Of a DNA stretch of 64,000 bases, positions 52,700 to 63,505 are shown one piece after another. The stretch comes from a virus (taxonomy: Duplodnaviria; Caudoviricetes), in the IMG/VR virus record IMGVR_UViG_3300029305_002366, positions 47,318 to 111,317 of that record. One strand, written 5' to 3'. A program made the position numbers and the translations under genes. The notes under the pieces are model-generated. The model was not told the DNA's origin. It worked only from the letters and a program-made list of their open reading frames with translations, and searched no databases. Each line of letters starts with the position of its first letter. Positions within the stretch are counted from its first letter, which is position 1.

Positions 52700-54223
52700 A
52701 TAGAAGCCGTAAGCAATGTAACAAATGAGATTATGTTTGTAGGTAGTATTTATTCTAATCCAGAACTATTAGTAGAATATATACAGCTTGTAAAAAGCAA
52801 ATATGATTTCTATGATGAATCCACAAGATTCTTTTATGATTGTGCTGAGACAATGTATCAAACACGTTCTCAGGAGTTTAAAAATAATACTATCGTAGCC
52901 TTTATGTCAGAGGATAAGGAACGTCTTGACCTGTTTAAGAAGTACGGTGGTATCAAACTCATCGACAGTTGGAAGAAACTTTCTCAACCTGAGAATCAGA
53001 AAAACTATTATGATATTCTTAAAAAGTATTCATTGCTTAGAGAGTATCAGCGTAAGGGTTTTGATATTACAGGTATATTAAAGCATAGCAAGTTTGAGAC
53101 ATTTACTGCTAATGATATTTACAGGTTGGTTCGTGGCAAGGCAGATAAGATTCACACAGTTATCCTCGGTAGTTCTGAGACTGAGGTTTTAAATAAAGGT
53201 ACAAAGAAAACCTTACTTGACCATATGGCAAAACCGAGTATGGGATTACCAATGCCATTTTCTTTGTTGAGTGAAGTATTCAGAGGAATGAAACTCAAAA
53301 CACTTATGGTTGGTGGCATGGTATCTAATGCAGGTAAAACAAGATTTATGGTATTGCTTATCGCATATATCGCATTAGTTTTGCGACAAAAAGTTTATGC
53401 AATGGTTAATGAAATGGATATTGCTGAGTTAAGAGATTGCTTAATTTGCACAGTCATTAACAACTCTGAGTTTCAAGCACTTCATGGTTTTGATATAAAA
53501 AAGAATGAATCAGAATTGGACATGGGTTTGTATAGAGATAAGAATGGAGATTTTATTTATCGTAAGGTTAATGACGAGGGTGAGCCATTAGAATCTGATG
53601 ATGATTTCATAAGACGAGTTGAAAAAAATAGTGATGAGTTTAATCAGATAATGCAAGTAGCAGAATGGATTGATTCTGAATTACAGACTTCGATATTCGT
53701 TGATGATGTTTCTGATGCTTATGATGATAAAACGCTTGAATTTAAAATCCGCAAGGCAAAAATGACACTGGGTTGCAATTACTGGTTCTACGACACATTT
53801 AAGTCAGACACGGATGATACTGGTGACTGGGCGGCAATGATGAACTCTGCTACTAAGTTGGCTACGGTAGCAAAAGAAACTGAAACATTCGGTTATTTGT
53901 CAATACAGCTTCTTGATGAGATAGCAAGTGTTGACCCTGATAGAGTTTCATCTACACATATCGCAAATTGTAAGGCAATTAAACGTGTTATGTACACCAT
54001 GATGCTTTTTAAGGAGATTCTTGCAAACGAGTTTAATAGATATGAATATCTTCAAGTTGATGAAGATTGGGGAGAGCCACAACGTAAACCATTGGAACAG
54101 GGTAAACGATATTATTGTTGCAACGTAGATAAAAATAGATTCGGAAAGAAGCCAAAAGTTCTATTTGAGTTAGACTTGGACAAGAACATATGGATTGAGC
54201 GTGGAGAACTTGTGAGAAAATAA
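52700..54223 (+). CDS. dnaB: DnaB-like replicative helicase (YorI-like)
   Basis: Walker A variant SNAGKT, YDTFK, IQL, VDKNRFG; start possibly ATA 52700. Confidence 0.85.
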   Translation: MEAVSNVTNEIMFVGSIYSNPELLVEYIQLVKSKYDFYDESTRFFYDCAETMYQTRSQEFKNNTIVAFMSEDKERLDLFKKYGGIKLIDSWKKLSQPENQKNYYDILKKYSLLREYQRKGFDITGILKHSKFETFTANDIYRLVRGKADKIHTVILGSSETEVLNKGTKKTLLDHMAKPSMGLPMPFSLLSEVFRGMKLKTLMVGGMVSNAGKTRFMVLLIAYIALVLRQKVYAMVNEMDIAELRDCLICTVINNSEFQALHGFDIKKNESELDMGLYRDKNGDFIYRKVNDEGEPLESDDDFIRRVEKNSDEFNQIMQVAEWIDSELQTSIFVDDVSDAYDDKTLEFKIRKAKMTLGCNYWFYDTFKSDTDDTGDWAAMMNSATKLATVAKETETFGYLSIQLLDEIASVDPDRVSSTHIANCKAIKRVMYTMMLFKEILANEFNRYEYLQVDEDWGEPQRKPLEQGKRYYCCNVDKNRFGKKPKVLFELDLDKNIWIERGELVRK

Positions 54224-54242
54224 TAGTAAAGGAAGTAATGGC

Positions 54243-55265
54243 ATGGATATACCAATGATGAAAGAATATATTTTAGAAAATGGTTATGTTGAAACCATAT
54301 TAGAAAATTTGGGATGCCATCATATCAAGGACAAGGGTGATTATATCACCTGTGGTAATGCTGACGGTGGTGACAATCCTTGTGCCGTTACTGTTTATCT
54401 TAATACCAACCTTACGGTTGTTAATTATACACGTTCATTAAATAACAAGAAGTGCCATGACATATTTGACCTTGCTGAATTTTATTTGAAAATAAATTTC
54501 TTTGAAGCGGTCAAGCAATTGTGTGATTGGATAAGTCTTGATTATTATAAAGACTGGAATGAGGATTTACCAGAAGCTATAAGGTTAACCAAGCTATTAT
54601 TAGAACTGGATAGCGGAGTAAATACAGAAGAAGATAATGCTCCGCTAAAACCAATTCCAGAAGTAATACTCTCATATTACTATCCTTATGTAAATAATAT
54701 GTTTAAAAAGGATGGTATTTCATATGAGGTACAGAAGTTATTTGAAATAGGATATGATGATTTCACAAACAGAATTACCATACCTATTAGGGATGAGTTA
54801 AACAATCTTGTGGGGGTTAAAGGAAGGTTGTTTCAAGAAGAACTAAGAGAAGATGATTTAAAATATCTGTACATCGAACCTTGTAACCGTAGTAGAATTT
54901 TATATGGGTTAAACTTATCGCTACCATATATTCAAAAAGAACAATGTGTTTATGTAAATGAATCAGAAAAGGCGGTTCTTCAATTATGGAGTGCAGGTAT
55001 TTGTAATAGTGTGGGTATTGGTGGAAAAAAAGTTTCACAGCATCAAATAGACATGATAACACGTTTATGTTGTGATGTTATAATTTGTTTTGATAAAGAT
55101 GTGTCAGAATTGGAAATAAAAGAACTTGCAAGTAGATTTATAGACAATATAAAAATTTATGCAGTTATTGACAAAGATAACATTTTAAATGAAAAAGAAA
55201 GCCCATCTGATAACATAGAAAAGTTTATGCACCTTGTAAAACATAATAAATATTTAATTAAATAA
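54243..55265 (+). CDS. dnaG: DNA primase (YorJ-like)
   Basis: RITIPIRD...VGVKGR, LYGL, TOPRIM ESEK and FDKD. Confidence 0.85.
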   Translation: MDIPMMKEYILENGYVETILENLGCHHIKDKGDYITCGNADGGDNPCAVTVYLNTNLTVVNYTRSLNNKKCHDIFDLAEFYLKINFFEAVKQLCDWISLDYYKDWNEDLPEAIRLTKLLLELDSGVNTEEDNAPLKPIPEVILSYYYPYVNNMFKKDGISYEVQKLFEIGYDDFTNRITIPIRDELNNLVGVKGRLFQEELREDDLKYLYIEPCNRSRILYGLNLSLPYIQKEQCVYVNESEKAVLQLWSAGICNSVGIGGKKVSQHQIDMITRLCCDVIICFDKDVSELEIKELASRFIDNIKIYAVIDKDNILNEKESPSDNIEKFMHLVKHNKYLIK

Positions 55266-55276
55266 GGAGGATTGTC

Positions 55277-56008
55277 ATGGTTAAAGTTAGAGAAGATTTA
55301 ACAGGTAAAAGATTTGGCAAACTTACTGTCATTAAGCAAGTAGAAGATTGCATAAATCAAAAGGGTGGGCATAGAGCAAAATGGAAATGTGAATGCGATT
55401 GTGGTAATATTATTGAAATTTTGGGAGTTTATTTAAAGAACGGTAACACTAAATCGTGTGGGTGTATGCGAAAGGAAACCATTCACAAGAAATTAAAGAA
55501 ATATAATCATTATGAATTTGTTGACAATTATGTTGTTGGCTATACATTTAATGGAGAGAAATTTTATTTTGATATAGAAGATTACGATAAGGTTAAGGAT
55601 ATATGTTGGTGGCAAAGAACGGATGGATATATTACAGGTCATTCGTACACTAATAATAAAGATGAATTAGTTTTATTTCATCAGTTAATATTTAATTTTC
55701 CAACCAATATAAATATCGACCATATTCACGGAGAGAAATCAAGAAATGATAATAGAAAATCTAATTTGAGGTTGGCAACAACAAGTCAAAATGGGATGAA
55801 TAAAAAATCTATGAGCAATAATACATCAGGTGTAACAGGAGTAGTTTGGGATAAAAATAATAAAAAATGGATGTCGCAAATTTGTGTTAATCAAAAAACT
55901 ATATTCTTAGGCAGATATAAAAATAAAGAAGATGCTGTTAAAGCAAGAAAAGAAGCAGAAGAAAAATACTTCGGTGAATGGAGTTATGATAATAGCCAAA
56001 GTACCTAA
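55277..56008 (+). CDS. HNH-AP2 homing endonuclease
   Basis: FGKLTV, CECDCG, DHIHG...DNRKSNLR, FLGRY...AVKARKEAE. Confidence 0.9.
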   Translation: MVKVREDLTGKRFGKLTVIKQVEDCINQKGGHRAKWKCECDCGNIIEILGVYLKNGNTKSCGCMRKETIHKKLKKYNHYEFVDNYVVGYTFNGEKFYFDIEDYDKVKDICWWQRTDGYITGHSYTNNKDELVLFHQLIFNFPTNINIDHIHGEKSRNDNRKSNLRLATTSQNGMNKKSMSNNTSGVTGVVWDKNNKKWMSQICVNQKTIFLGRYKNKEDAVKARKEAEEKYFGEWSYDNSQST

Positions 56009-56050
56009 TCAAATAAGGTTAGTTAAAATATAAAAATATATTCCAAACCA

Positions 56051-56079
56051 TTGACAAAGAGGAAAATGTATAGTATAAT
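56051..56079 (+). promoter_or_regulatory. sigmaA promoter with operator-like motif
   Basis: TTGACA-AAGAGGAAAATGTATAG-TATAAT. Confidence 0.85.
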
Positions 56080-56158
56080 ATATATGTAATGTTAATGGTT
56101 TGGATTTTTTCTTTTTACCATGCATAGAGCAAATTGTATAAAGAAAGGTTTGGTATTA

Positions 56159-57865
56159 TTGAATTATAAAATATTAGGAAATGGAAGTTATGATACTCCA
56201 TTGGAAACATTTCTTGAAAATAGAGGTATCAAGGATATCAATGGTTATATAAATGTAAGTGAAGATATACTTATTCCTTATCAGAACCTTGATAACATTG
56301 ATAAGGCAGTAGAGGTATACAAGTCACACATTGAAAACAATTCAAATATAACAATAATAGTTGATTGTGACGTTGACGGATATACCTCCGCTTCAATAAT
56401 TTATGCGTACACTAAGAACTTAAATCCTGAGTGTAAGCTAACATACTTACTTCATACAGGTAAACAGCATGGACTTACAGAAGATATTGAGATTCCAGAA
56501 GATACACAGCTTCTTATCATTCCCGATGCAGGTACAAATGATACAGAACAGTGTAGGGTTCTCAAAGATAAGGGTATTGATATAATTATATTAGACCATC
56601 ATGAAAGAGAGATGGACAATCCCTATGCAATTGTTGTAAACAATCAATGCAGTTCTAATTATACAAATAAGAATTTGTGCGGTGCAGGTATAGTCTATAA
56701 GTTCTTACAGGCAGTAGACGAAGAAATGTGGTGTGATGAAGCTGACGATTATCTTGACCTTGTTGCACTTGCTAATATCAGTGATAACATGGATATGAAA
56801 GAATCAGAAACAAAATATCTTGTTTCAAAGGGACTTGATTTTATTACAAATGCTTTCTTTGAAGAAATGTTAAAGAAACAGTCCTATTATTTTCCAGATG
56901 GCACAACAATCATAGGAGTACAGTTCTATATAACACCACTCATTAATGCTCTGATTCGCATAGGTTCTCAGGAAGAAAAGGATATTTTATTCAGAGCATT
57001 TATTGGTGATGAATCTGAAACTTTCGATTACACAAAGCCAAGAACAAAAGAGCAAATAACAGAAAATATATATGAAAGAGCAGTTCGTTTCTGTTCTAAC
57101 GCAAAGGGCAGACAGAAAACAATTGTTGATAAACAGTTACCGCTTATCATTAATCATATAAAAAATAAAGGACAAGACAAACACGAAGTTATAGTTACAA
57201 ATGTAACAGATTATATCGAATCCACTATGACAGGTGTTGTTGCTATTAAGGTGGCAGGTGCATTTCATAAGCCTACTATTTTATTAAGAGATAAAGGAAA
57301 TGATGTATATGGTGGCTCAGTGAGAGTTCCTGATACAAGTCCAATAGAGAACTTTAAGAATATGTTGAACACCATGACATTCTTCTCTGCACAGGGTCAC
57401 GCATCAGCTTGTGGAGCAGAAATATTTAAACATAATATCAAGGAAAGCATAGAGTTTCTTGATGATTATATCCAAGAGATGAATCTTGTAGACGTTGGTG
57501 ATATTCCTGTAGATTTTGAAATAGATTATAACGATTTGGATATTAGTCTTTTTAGAGACATTGCAGAACTAAAACCATATTATGCTACTGGATTAAAAGA
57601 GTGTAATGTGCTTGTAAAAAATATCCCTATTAACGCTGATGATATAGTTATACAAGGCAAGGGTCAAGATACTTGGTGTACTATGATATGTGATGAATCT
57701 ATTAAACTCATTAAGTTCAAGTGTCCAGAAGATGACGTATTCTTAGATGCACAGGGAGTATACAAGATAAACGTTATCGGCAAGTTTGGATATAGCTTTT
57801 TCAATGGCATAAAGACAGCACAGATTATTATTGAAGATTATGAGGTGACTTACGAAGATGATTGA
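56159..57865 (+). CDS. recJ: RecJ-like DHH single-stranded DNA exonuclease (YorK-like)
   Basis: DCDVDG, PDAG, LDHH, CGAG, QGHASACG; probable TTG start at 56159. Confidence 0.9.
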   Translation: MNYKILGNGSYDTPLETFLENRGIKDINGYINVSEDILIPYQNLDNIDKAVEVYKSHIENNSNITIIVDCDVDGYTSASIIYAYTKNLNPECKLTYLLHTGKQHGLTEDIEIPEDTQLLIIPDAGTNDTEQCRVLKDKGIDIIILDHHEREMDNPYAIVVNNQCSSNYTNKNLCGAGIVYKFLQAVDEEMWCDEADDYLDLVALANISDNMDMKESETKYLVSKGLDFITNAFFEEMLKKQSYYFPDGTTIIGVQFYITPLINALIRIGSQEEKDILFRAFIGDESETFDYTKPRTKEQITENIYERAVRFCSNAKGRQKTIVDKQLPLIINHIKNKGQDKHEVIVTNVTDYIESTMTGVVAIKVAGAFHKPTILLRDKGNDVYGGSVRVPDTSPIENFKNMLNTMTFFSAQGHASACGAEIFKHNIKESIEFLDDYIQEMNLVDVGDIPVDFEIDYNDLDISLFRDIAELKPYYATGLKECNVLVKNIPINADDIVIQGKGQDTWCTMICDESIKLIKFKCPEDDVFLDAQGVYKINVIGKFGYSFFNGIKTAQIIIEDYEVTYEDD

Positions 57866-60800
57866 AAACTATACTTCCCTTCACAATCATTCCTTTTATT
57901 CGCTTCTTGATGGGTATTCCTCACCAGAGGAATACCTTAACAGAGCAAAAGAAATAGGACTTAAAGCATTTGCTATCACTGAACATGGTAATGAATATTC
58001 GTGGTGTTATTTCGATAAGCTAAAAAAGAATTATCCTGATATTAAAATGATTTATGGTGTTGAAATGTACGAATGTTTTGACCGCAATATCAAGGATAAA
58101 AATTCAAAATACTTTCACTTACTTGTTCTTGCTAAGAACGAGCGTGGAAGAAAGGCTCTTAATCACCTTGTAACATTATCAAACCTTGAAGGATTCTATT
58201 ATAAACCACGTATAGAACTTTCTGATTTTAAGGGATATGGTAATGATTTAATTGTATGCTCTGCTTGTCTCGCTTCTAAGATAGCAAGAGAAGAAGATTA
58301 TCAGAAGTGCGTTGAATATGTTAAAGAATACAAGAATATGTTTCCTTATTTTTATCTTGAAATGCAGTCACATAAAAGTAAAGAACAGGCTGACTATAAT
58401 ATGAAGATATTACAGTTATCAGAAGATACTTGTACACCATATATTATTACTACTGATAGTCATGCCGCAAGAAAAGAAGATTTGTATTATCAGGGTCAGC
58501 TTGTTAGAATTGCAAGGGATAACGAAACTGCTTCTGAGCCTTATGAGGGTTGTTATTTACAGACCGTAGAAGAAATCCATGAGACAATGGATTCTCAAAT
58601 TGGATATGAAAATGTAGAGATTGGCTTAAAGGAAACTAATAATATTGCTGACCTCATTGAGAATGTTGATATGCCGTTTCAATCTCCACAGTTACCTACA
58701 TTTCCACTTCCAGATGGTTTTAATGATAATTATTCTTATCTGAAATACCTTACAGAAGAAGGATGGAACAAAAGACATATTAACACATACAATAAAAATG
58801 AACAACAGATTTACCGTGACCGTCTTGACTATGAAATGAACATCATTCACACGATGGGATTCGATGGTTATTTTCTTATTGTATGGGATTTTATCAACTG
58901 GGCTAAAACCCATGAGGTTAAAGTTGGTGCAGGTAGAGGAAGTGGTGCAGGTAGTCTTGTATGCTATCTTATGGGAATCACAGACCTTAACCCCATCAAG
59001 TACAATCTTATTTTTGAAAGATTCCTTAATCCTGAGAGAATTAGTATGCCTGACTTAGACATTGATTTGTCTGATAGAAGCAAGGTTGTTGAGTATTTGG
59101 TAAATAAATATGGTAGTGACAGAGTATGTCAAGTAATTAACTTCTCTTATATTACACCTGTTGTTGCAATTAAGGACGTAGGCAAGACATTAGGATTTTC
59201 ATACAAAGAAATGGACAAGTTAAGCAAAAAGTTTTCATATCCTACATTTGAGGAATGTCTTGAACATAATAATACACTTCTTATTGAACATCCTGAGTAT
59301 AAAGAGTTATTTGATATTGCAAGTCATTTAAGCGGTAGAGTAAAGACAGTATCTATTCATGCAGGTGGTGTTGGTATAGTCGATACTACTATGGATGATT
59401 ACATGGCTATGAAACTTGGCACTGATGGCGAACACGTTATACAGGTTGACAAGCGTATCATTGAAGAAATAGGTATCATTAAATTTGATTTGCTTGGTGT
59501 TGCTACACTTAATCTCCTTACCGAAGTACAAGAAGATACAGGACTGACTAACTGGGATATTGATATCAATAATCCTGAGTTTGAACAAGATACCTCTCCT
59601 TATGAAATTCTTTGTAAGGCTCTTACGGATGGTGTGTTTCAAGTTGAAAGTGCAGGTATGAAAGACTTGTTATCAAGACTGAAACCGTCAAGCATGGAAG
59701 ATTTATCAGCGGTACTTGCTTTGTATCGTCCTGATAGCATGGGAGCGTTGGAAGAATTTATTGAGTGCAAGCATGACCCTTCGAAGGTCAAGTATATCCA
59801 CCCTGATATGAAACCTATTCTCGAAAAGACTTACGGCTGTATGATATATCAGGAACAACTCTTGGATATAGTTCGTACATTTGGTGGTAGAACTTACGGT
59901 GGTGCTGACCTTTTCCGCAAGGCGATTGGCAAAAAGAATATCGAACTTGTAAAACAGGAATCGGCAAAGTTGTATCAGGAAATTATTGATAACGGTTATA
60001 GTAAGGAACTTGCAAAGACTATCAGTGATGAATTATCCACCAAAGGTGGTTATCTGTTTAATAAATCACATAGCTTTTCGTATGCGGTATTATGTTTCCA
60101 GACAGCTTTCCTCAAACAGAATTACCCCTTGCAGTTCTTTAAGGCTTTGCTTAATTTAAACAAGGATAAAGCAGGTATGGTTAACAAGTATATTCTTGAT
60201 GGAAAGAGTTTTAATGTCGAAGTTATTGCACCTAACATTAATAAATCTGTAATGAATTTTTCAATTTACGATAGCAAGATTATGTTTGGACTATCTGCAA
60301 TTAGTGGTATAGGCGAAAGCCTTGCTAACACTATTCTTGAAGAACGCAAGTGCGGTAAGTTTGTAAGTATTGATAATCTTACAGAAAGAGTTTCAATTAC
60401 TAAGGCTCAGATTGTTTCTTTAATTAAAGCAGGTGCTATACCAACAAAAAATAAAAAGCAATGCTTAATAAATTATTTAAAGTCTCAATTCGATATATCA
60501 CCATTTGAATATACACCAGTAAAGACATACAAGACAAAGAAAGAAATGTTAGAAGTATGGGGCATTGGTGTTGACAAATACAAGATTGGTAATAAGGTAG
60601 ACAAACAGGCTGTGCTTGTAGAATATAATAAGAAGAAAGAACAGAAAGAAAAGACAGACTATTACACCAAAAAGGAAATTGAATATCAAAAGTACATTAC
60701 AGAGTGTAGTGAAAAGTATTTGCAAAATGAACAGTTTTGGGACTTTGAAGCATTACAGATTTTCTTAGGTGAGAACCCTTTTGAAAAGGCTTATGAATAT

Positions 60801-61109
60801 ATTGATACAAGTTTCCAAGATGTACAGGAAGGTGATACCTGTATAATCATAGGTGTAATCTCAAAGGTACAAAAAAAGAAAACTAAAACTGGACAGCAAT
60901 TTGCTTTCGTAAATATCTACTCATCATTTGGTCTTATTGAAGCCGTGGTATGGAGTTCACAGCTTAAAGAATATGAGGACTTGATTAAAAAGGGTAGTCA
61001 GATTGCTATGCTTTGTAAGAAGGATAGTGAAACCAATGTAGTGTGCAATCAAATGCGTTCATATGATTCGTGGTTAAATTATATCAAGAAGAAAAAGGAG
61101 AAGAAATAA
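57858..61109 (+). CDS. dnaE: DNA polymerase III alpha subunit (YorL-like)
   Basis: PHP LHNHSFYSLLDG, GRGSGAGS, FERFLNPER..MPDLDID, KFDLLG, FNKSHS. Confidence 0.95.
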   Translation: MIENYTSLHNHSFYSLLDGYSSPEEYLNRAKEIGLKAFAITEHGNEYSWCYFDKLKKNYPDIKMIYGVEMYECFDRNIKDKNSKYFHLLVLAKNERGRKALNHLVTLSNLEGFYYKPRIELSDFKGYGNDLIVCSACLASKIAREEDYQKCVEYVKEYKNMFPYFYLEMQSHKSKEQADYNMKILQLSEDTCTPYIITTDSHAARKEDLYYQGQLVRIARDNETASEPYEGCYLQTVEEIHETMDSQIGYENVEIGLKETNNIADLIENVDMPFQSPQLPTFPLPDGFNDNYSYLKYLTEEGWNKRHINTYNKNEQQIYRDRLDYEMNIIHTMGFDGYFLIVWDFINWAKTHEVKVGAGRGSGAGSLVCYLMGITDLNPIKYNLIFERFLNPERISMPDLDIDLSDRSKVVEYLVNKYGSDRVCQVINFSYITPVVAIKDVGKTLGFSYKEMDKLSKKFSYPTFEECLEHNNTLLIEHPEYKELFDIASHLSGRVKTVSIHAGGVGIVDTTMDDYMAMKLGTDGEHVIQVDKRIIEEIGIIKFDLLGVATLNLLTEVQEDTGLTNWDIDINNPEFEQDTSPYEILCKALTDGVFQVESAGMKDLLSRLKPSSMEDLSAVLALYRPDSMGALEEFIECKHDPSKVKYIHPDMKPILEKTYGCMIYQEQLLDIVRTFGGRTYGGADLFRKAIGKKNIELVKQESAKLYQEIIDNGYSKELAKTISDELSTKGGYLFNKSHSFSYAVLCFQTAFLKQNYPLQFFKALLNLNKDKAGMVNKYILDGKSFNVEVIAPNINKSVMNFSIYDSKIMFGLSAISGIGESLANTILEERKCGKFVSIDNLTERVSITKAQIVSLIKAGAIPTKNKKQCLINYLKSQFDISPFEYTPVKTYKTKKEMLEVWGIGVDKYKIGNKVDKQAVLVEYNKKKEQKEKTDYYTKKEIEYQKYITECSEKYLQNEQFWDFEALQIFLGENPFEKAYEYIDTSFQDVQEGDTCIIIGVISKVQKKKTKTGQQFAFVNIYSSFGLIEAVVWSSQLKEYEDLIKKGSQIAMLCKKDSETNVVCNQMRSYDSWLNYIKKKKEKK

Positions 61110-63400
61110 TGGCTGATGAGCGTGAGTATTCATTTACAGTAGAGGTTATAAGAGAGTTGTATTATAGTGATGCAACCTCTTACGGTGTTTACTCTTTTAA
61201 GACACCTGATGAAATGCCAGAACTTGAAAGGCAAATTTCAATCGGTAGAAACATTGACTGGGGAGAAGAACATACAGATACTATTTATAATGGAGTCCTG
61301 TCGGGACGTATGCAGAGACTTTATGAAGGTGACAAATATGATGTTGTTGCTAAACTTGTATTCAGCAAGAAGTATAACAAGTATCAGTATGAGCCTATAA
61401 GAATCAATTCAGCCGTTCTTAAAACGGCAGAAGAACAGGAATCATTCCTTCTTTCAATTCTTACCGAGAGCCAAGCTAAGACATTGATAACCGCATATCC
61501 TAATATTGTTGAAGATATTATGGATGGTAAGGACAATGTTGATTTCGATAAACTTCAAGGTATTGGTAAGATAACATATGATAAGATAAAAGAAAAGGTA
61601 ATCAATAATTATGTTATTTCTGACATTCTTTCCATGTTACAGCCGTTGGGAGTTACTCTTAATGCAATTAAAAAACTCACAACCTATGAACCTAATGCAG
61701 TTCTACTCAAAAAGGAATTAATTGAGAACCCCTATATACTTACAAGTATCAGAGGTTTTGGTTTCAAAAAGGTTGACACTCTTGCGATTAAATTAAATCC
61801 TGAGTTAAAGGAATCTGATAAAAGATTAAAGGCTTTTATCAGATGGTTCTTGACAGAAACAGGCGAAGGTAGTGGTCATACATGGGTTGACAAGGGAGTA
61901 TTGGAAGAAGAAATTATCAATAATGTCAGAGAGTGTCATAAATATCTTGACGAGTGTTATCAAGAAAATGAAGAATCAGACAGACCGTTTCTTCACATTG
62001 AGGGACGTAAGATAGGTTTACAAAAATATTATGATATGGAATACAGGATTATTGAAAAGCTGAATGAAATCTCTAATCAGAATCCCTTATCGGTTAGTGA
62101 AGAAAACATAAGAAACGGTATCATTAAAGCAGAACAAGAACAGGGATATTCTCTTACAGAAGAACAAATGGCAATTGCTATGGATTCTTTAAATAGTAAT
62201 GCTGTTGCTATTTGCGGTAAGGCAGGTACAGGTAAAACAAGTTCTGTTCGCACTATTTTGAACATATATAAAGAAGCTAATTGTTCAATTGCTTGTTGTG
62301 CGTTATCAGCTAAAGCCGTAAAGGTTATCGAAGAATCTACTGGATTCCAAGCTAATACAATTCATAGATTATTGGGGAGCAACGGACTGAACAAGTTCAC
62401 ATATAATGAAAATAACCCTTTGCCATATAGTGTATTACTTATTGATGAAGGTTCTATGAATAGTACAGAAATCTTTTATTATTTGCTTCGTGCTGTAAGA
62501 CCCACAACTAAGATAATTATTTGCGGTGATAATCGTCAGTTACCACCTATCGGATATGGTAATACCTTTAATGATATTGTTTTAAACAATGTTATTAAGA
62601 CATTTACACTTACAAAGGTATTACGTCAGGCAGAGAAGTCAGGAATACTGTCAGATGCTAATAAGATTAGAGATGGTATTAATCCGATAGCAAAGCCTGA
62701 GTTAAAGATAGTAACAGGTGAACTCAACGACATGACCTATATGTTTCGTGATGATAGAGATATGCTTAACGGCATTGCAATTAAATCATTTATGGGTGCG
62801 GTTAAGAAGTACGGAGTTGATGATGTTCTTATTGGTGTACCTCGCAAGAGTAATTGTACTAATTGTACCGCTTCACTTAATGAAAAGATACAGGATTTAC
62901 TTCTTCCTAACGAAACCAGATGTATTGTATATGGTACACGTAAATATAAACTGGGAGCAAAGGTAATCCAGAGAACAAACGATTATGAAAAAGATGTGTT
63001 CAATGGAGATATTGGATATATCATAGACATATTCCAAGAAAAAGAAGGAAATAAAATGGTTAATAAATTTACCATAGAATTTGCTTCGGGCAAAGAAAAC
63101 AAACAGGTAGTTTATATGCAGAGCGAGGTAGACCAAATTGACTTAGCTTATGCTATGACAATTCATTCTTTACAGGGTTCGGGATATAAGGCTGTAATCA
63201 TTATTATTGATAATACTCATTATGTTCTGCTTGACAATTGCTTGCTGTACACGGCTCTTACAAGAGCAAAAGAAAAGTGTTTATTACTTGCTGAACCTTC
63301 TGCTTTTAAGAAATGTATCAACACAAATAAAACTGTTGCAAGACAAACATGGACAAAAAATATTTTAGAAAATTTTAAAAAAGGTATTGACAAAGAGTGA
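61109..63400 (+). CDS. recD2: RecD2-like SF1B helicase
   Basis: HhH motifs, GKAGTGKT, IDEGSM, GDNRQLPPI, AYAMTIHSLQGS, YTALTRAK. Confidence 0.92.
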   Translation: MADEREYSFTVEVIRELYYSDATSYGVYSFKTPDEMPELERQISIGRNIDWGEEHTDTIYNGVLSGRMQRLYEGDKYDVVAKLVFSKKYNKYQYEPIRINSAVLKTAEEQESFLLSILTESQAKTLITAYPNIVEDIMDGKDNVDFDKLQGIGKITYDKIKEKVINNYVISDILSMLQPLGVTLNAIKKLTTYEPNAVLLKKELIENPYILTSIRGFGFKKVDTLAIKLNPELKESDKRLKAFIRWFLTETGEGSGHTWVDKGVLEEEIINNVRECHKYLDECYQENEESDRPFLHIEGRKIGLQKYYDMEYRIIEKLNEISNQNPLSVSEENIRNGIIKAEQEQGYSLTEEQMAIAMDSLNSNAVAICGKAGTGKTSSVRTILNIYKEANCSIACCALSAKAVKVIEESTGFQANTIHRLLGSNGLNKFTYNENNPLPYSVLLIDEGSMNSTEIFYYLLRAVRPTTKIIICGDNRQLPPIGYGNTFNDIVLNNVIKTFTLTKVLRQAEKSGILSDANKIRDGINPIAKPELKIVTGELNDMTYMFRDDRDMLNGIAIKSFMGAVKKYGVDDVLIGVPRKSNCTNCTASLNEKIQDLLLPNETRCIVYGTRKYKLGAKVIQRTNDYEKDVFNGDIGYIIDIFQEKEGNKMVNKFTIEFASGKENKQVVYMQSEVDQIDLAYAMTIHSLQGSGYKAVIIIIDNTHYVLLDNCLLYTALTRAKEKCLLLAEPSAFKKCINTNKTVARQTWTKNILENFKKGIDKE

Positions 63401-63415
63401 AAAGTATAGTATAAT
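63387..63415 (+). promoter_or_regulatory. sigmaA promoter with operator-like motif
   Basis: TTGACA-AAGAGTGAAAAGTATAG-TATAAT; second motif near 63474. Confidence 0.85.
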
Positions 63416-63505
63416 AGTAAATGTAAGGAGAACAAGTGCGATATAAAATCGCACTACTCTCTTTACTTTAGCATAGAGTAAAATGTATATTAAAGGAGAA
63501 ATCAT

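Noticed and set aside
57858-63400. Inteins or introns in dnaE or recD2
   Set aside because: Lengths are normal and no intein splice motifs or frame breaks were seen.
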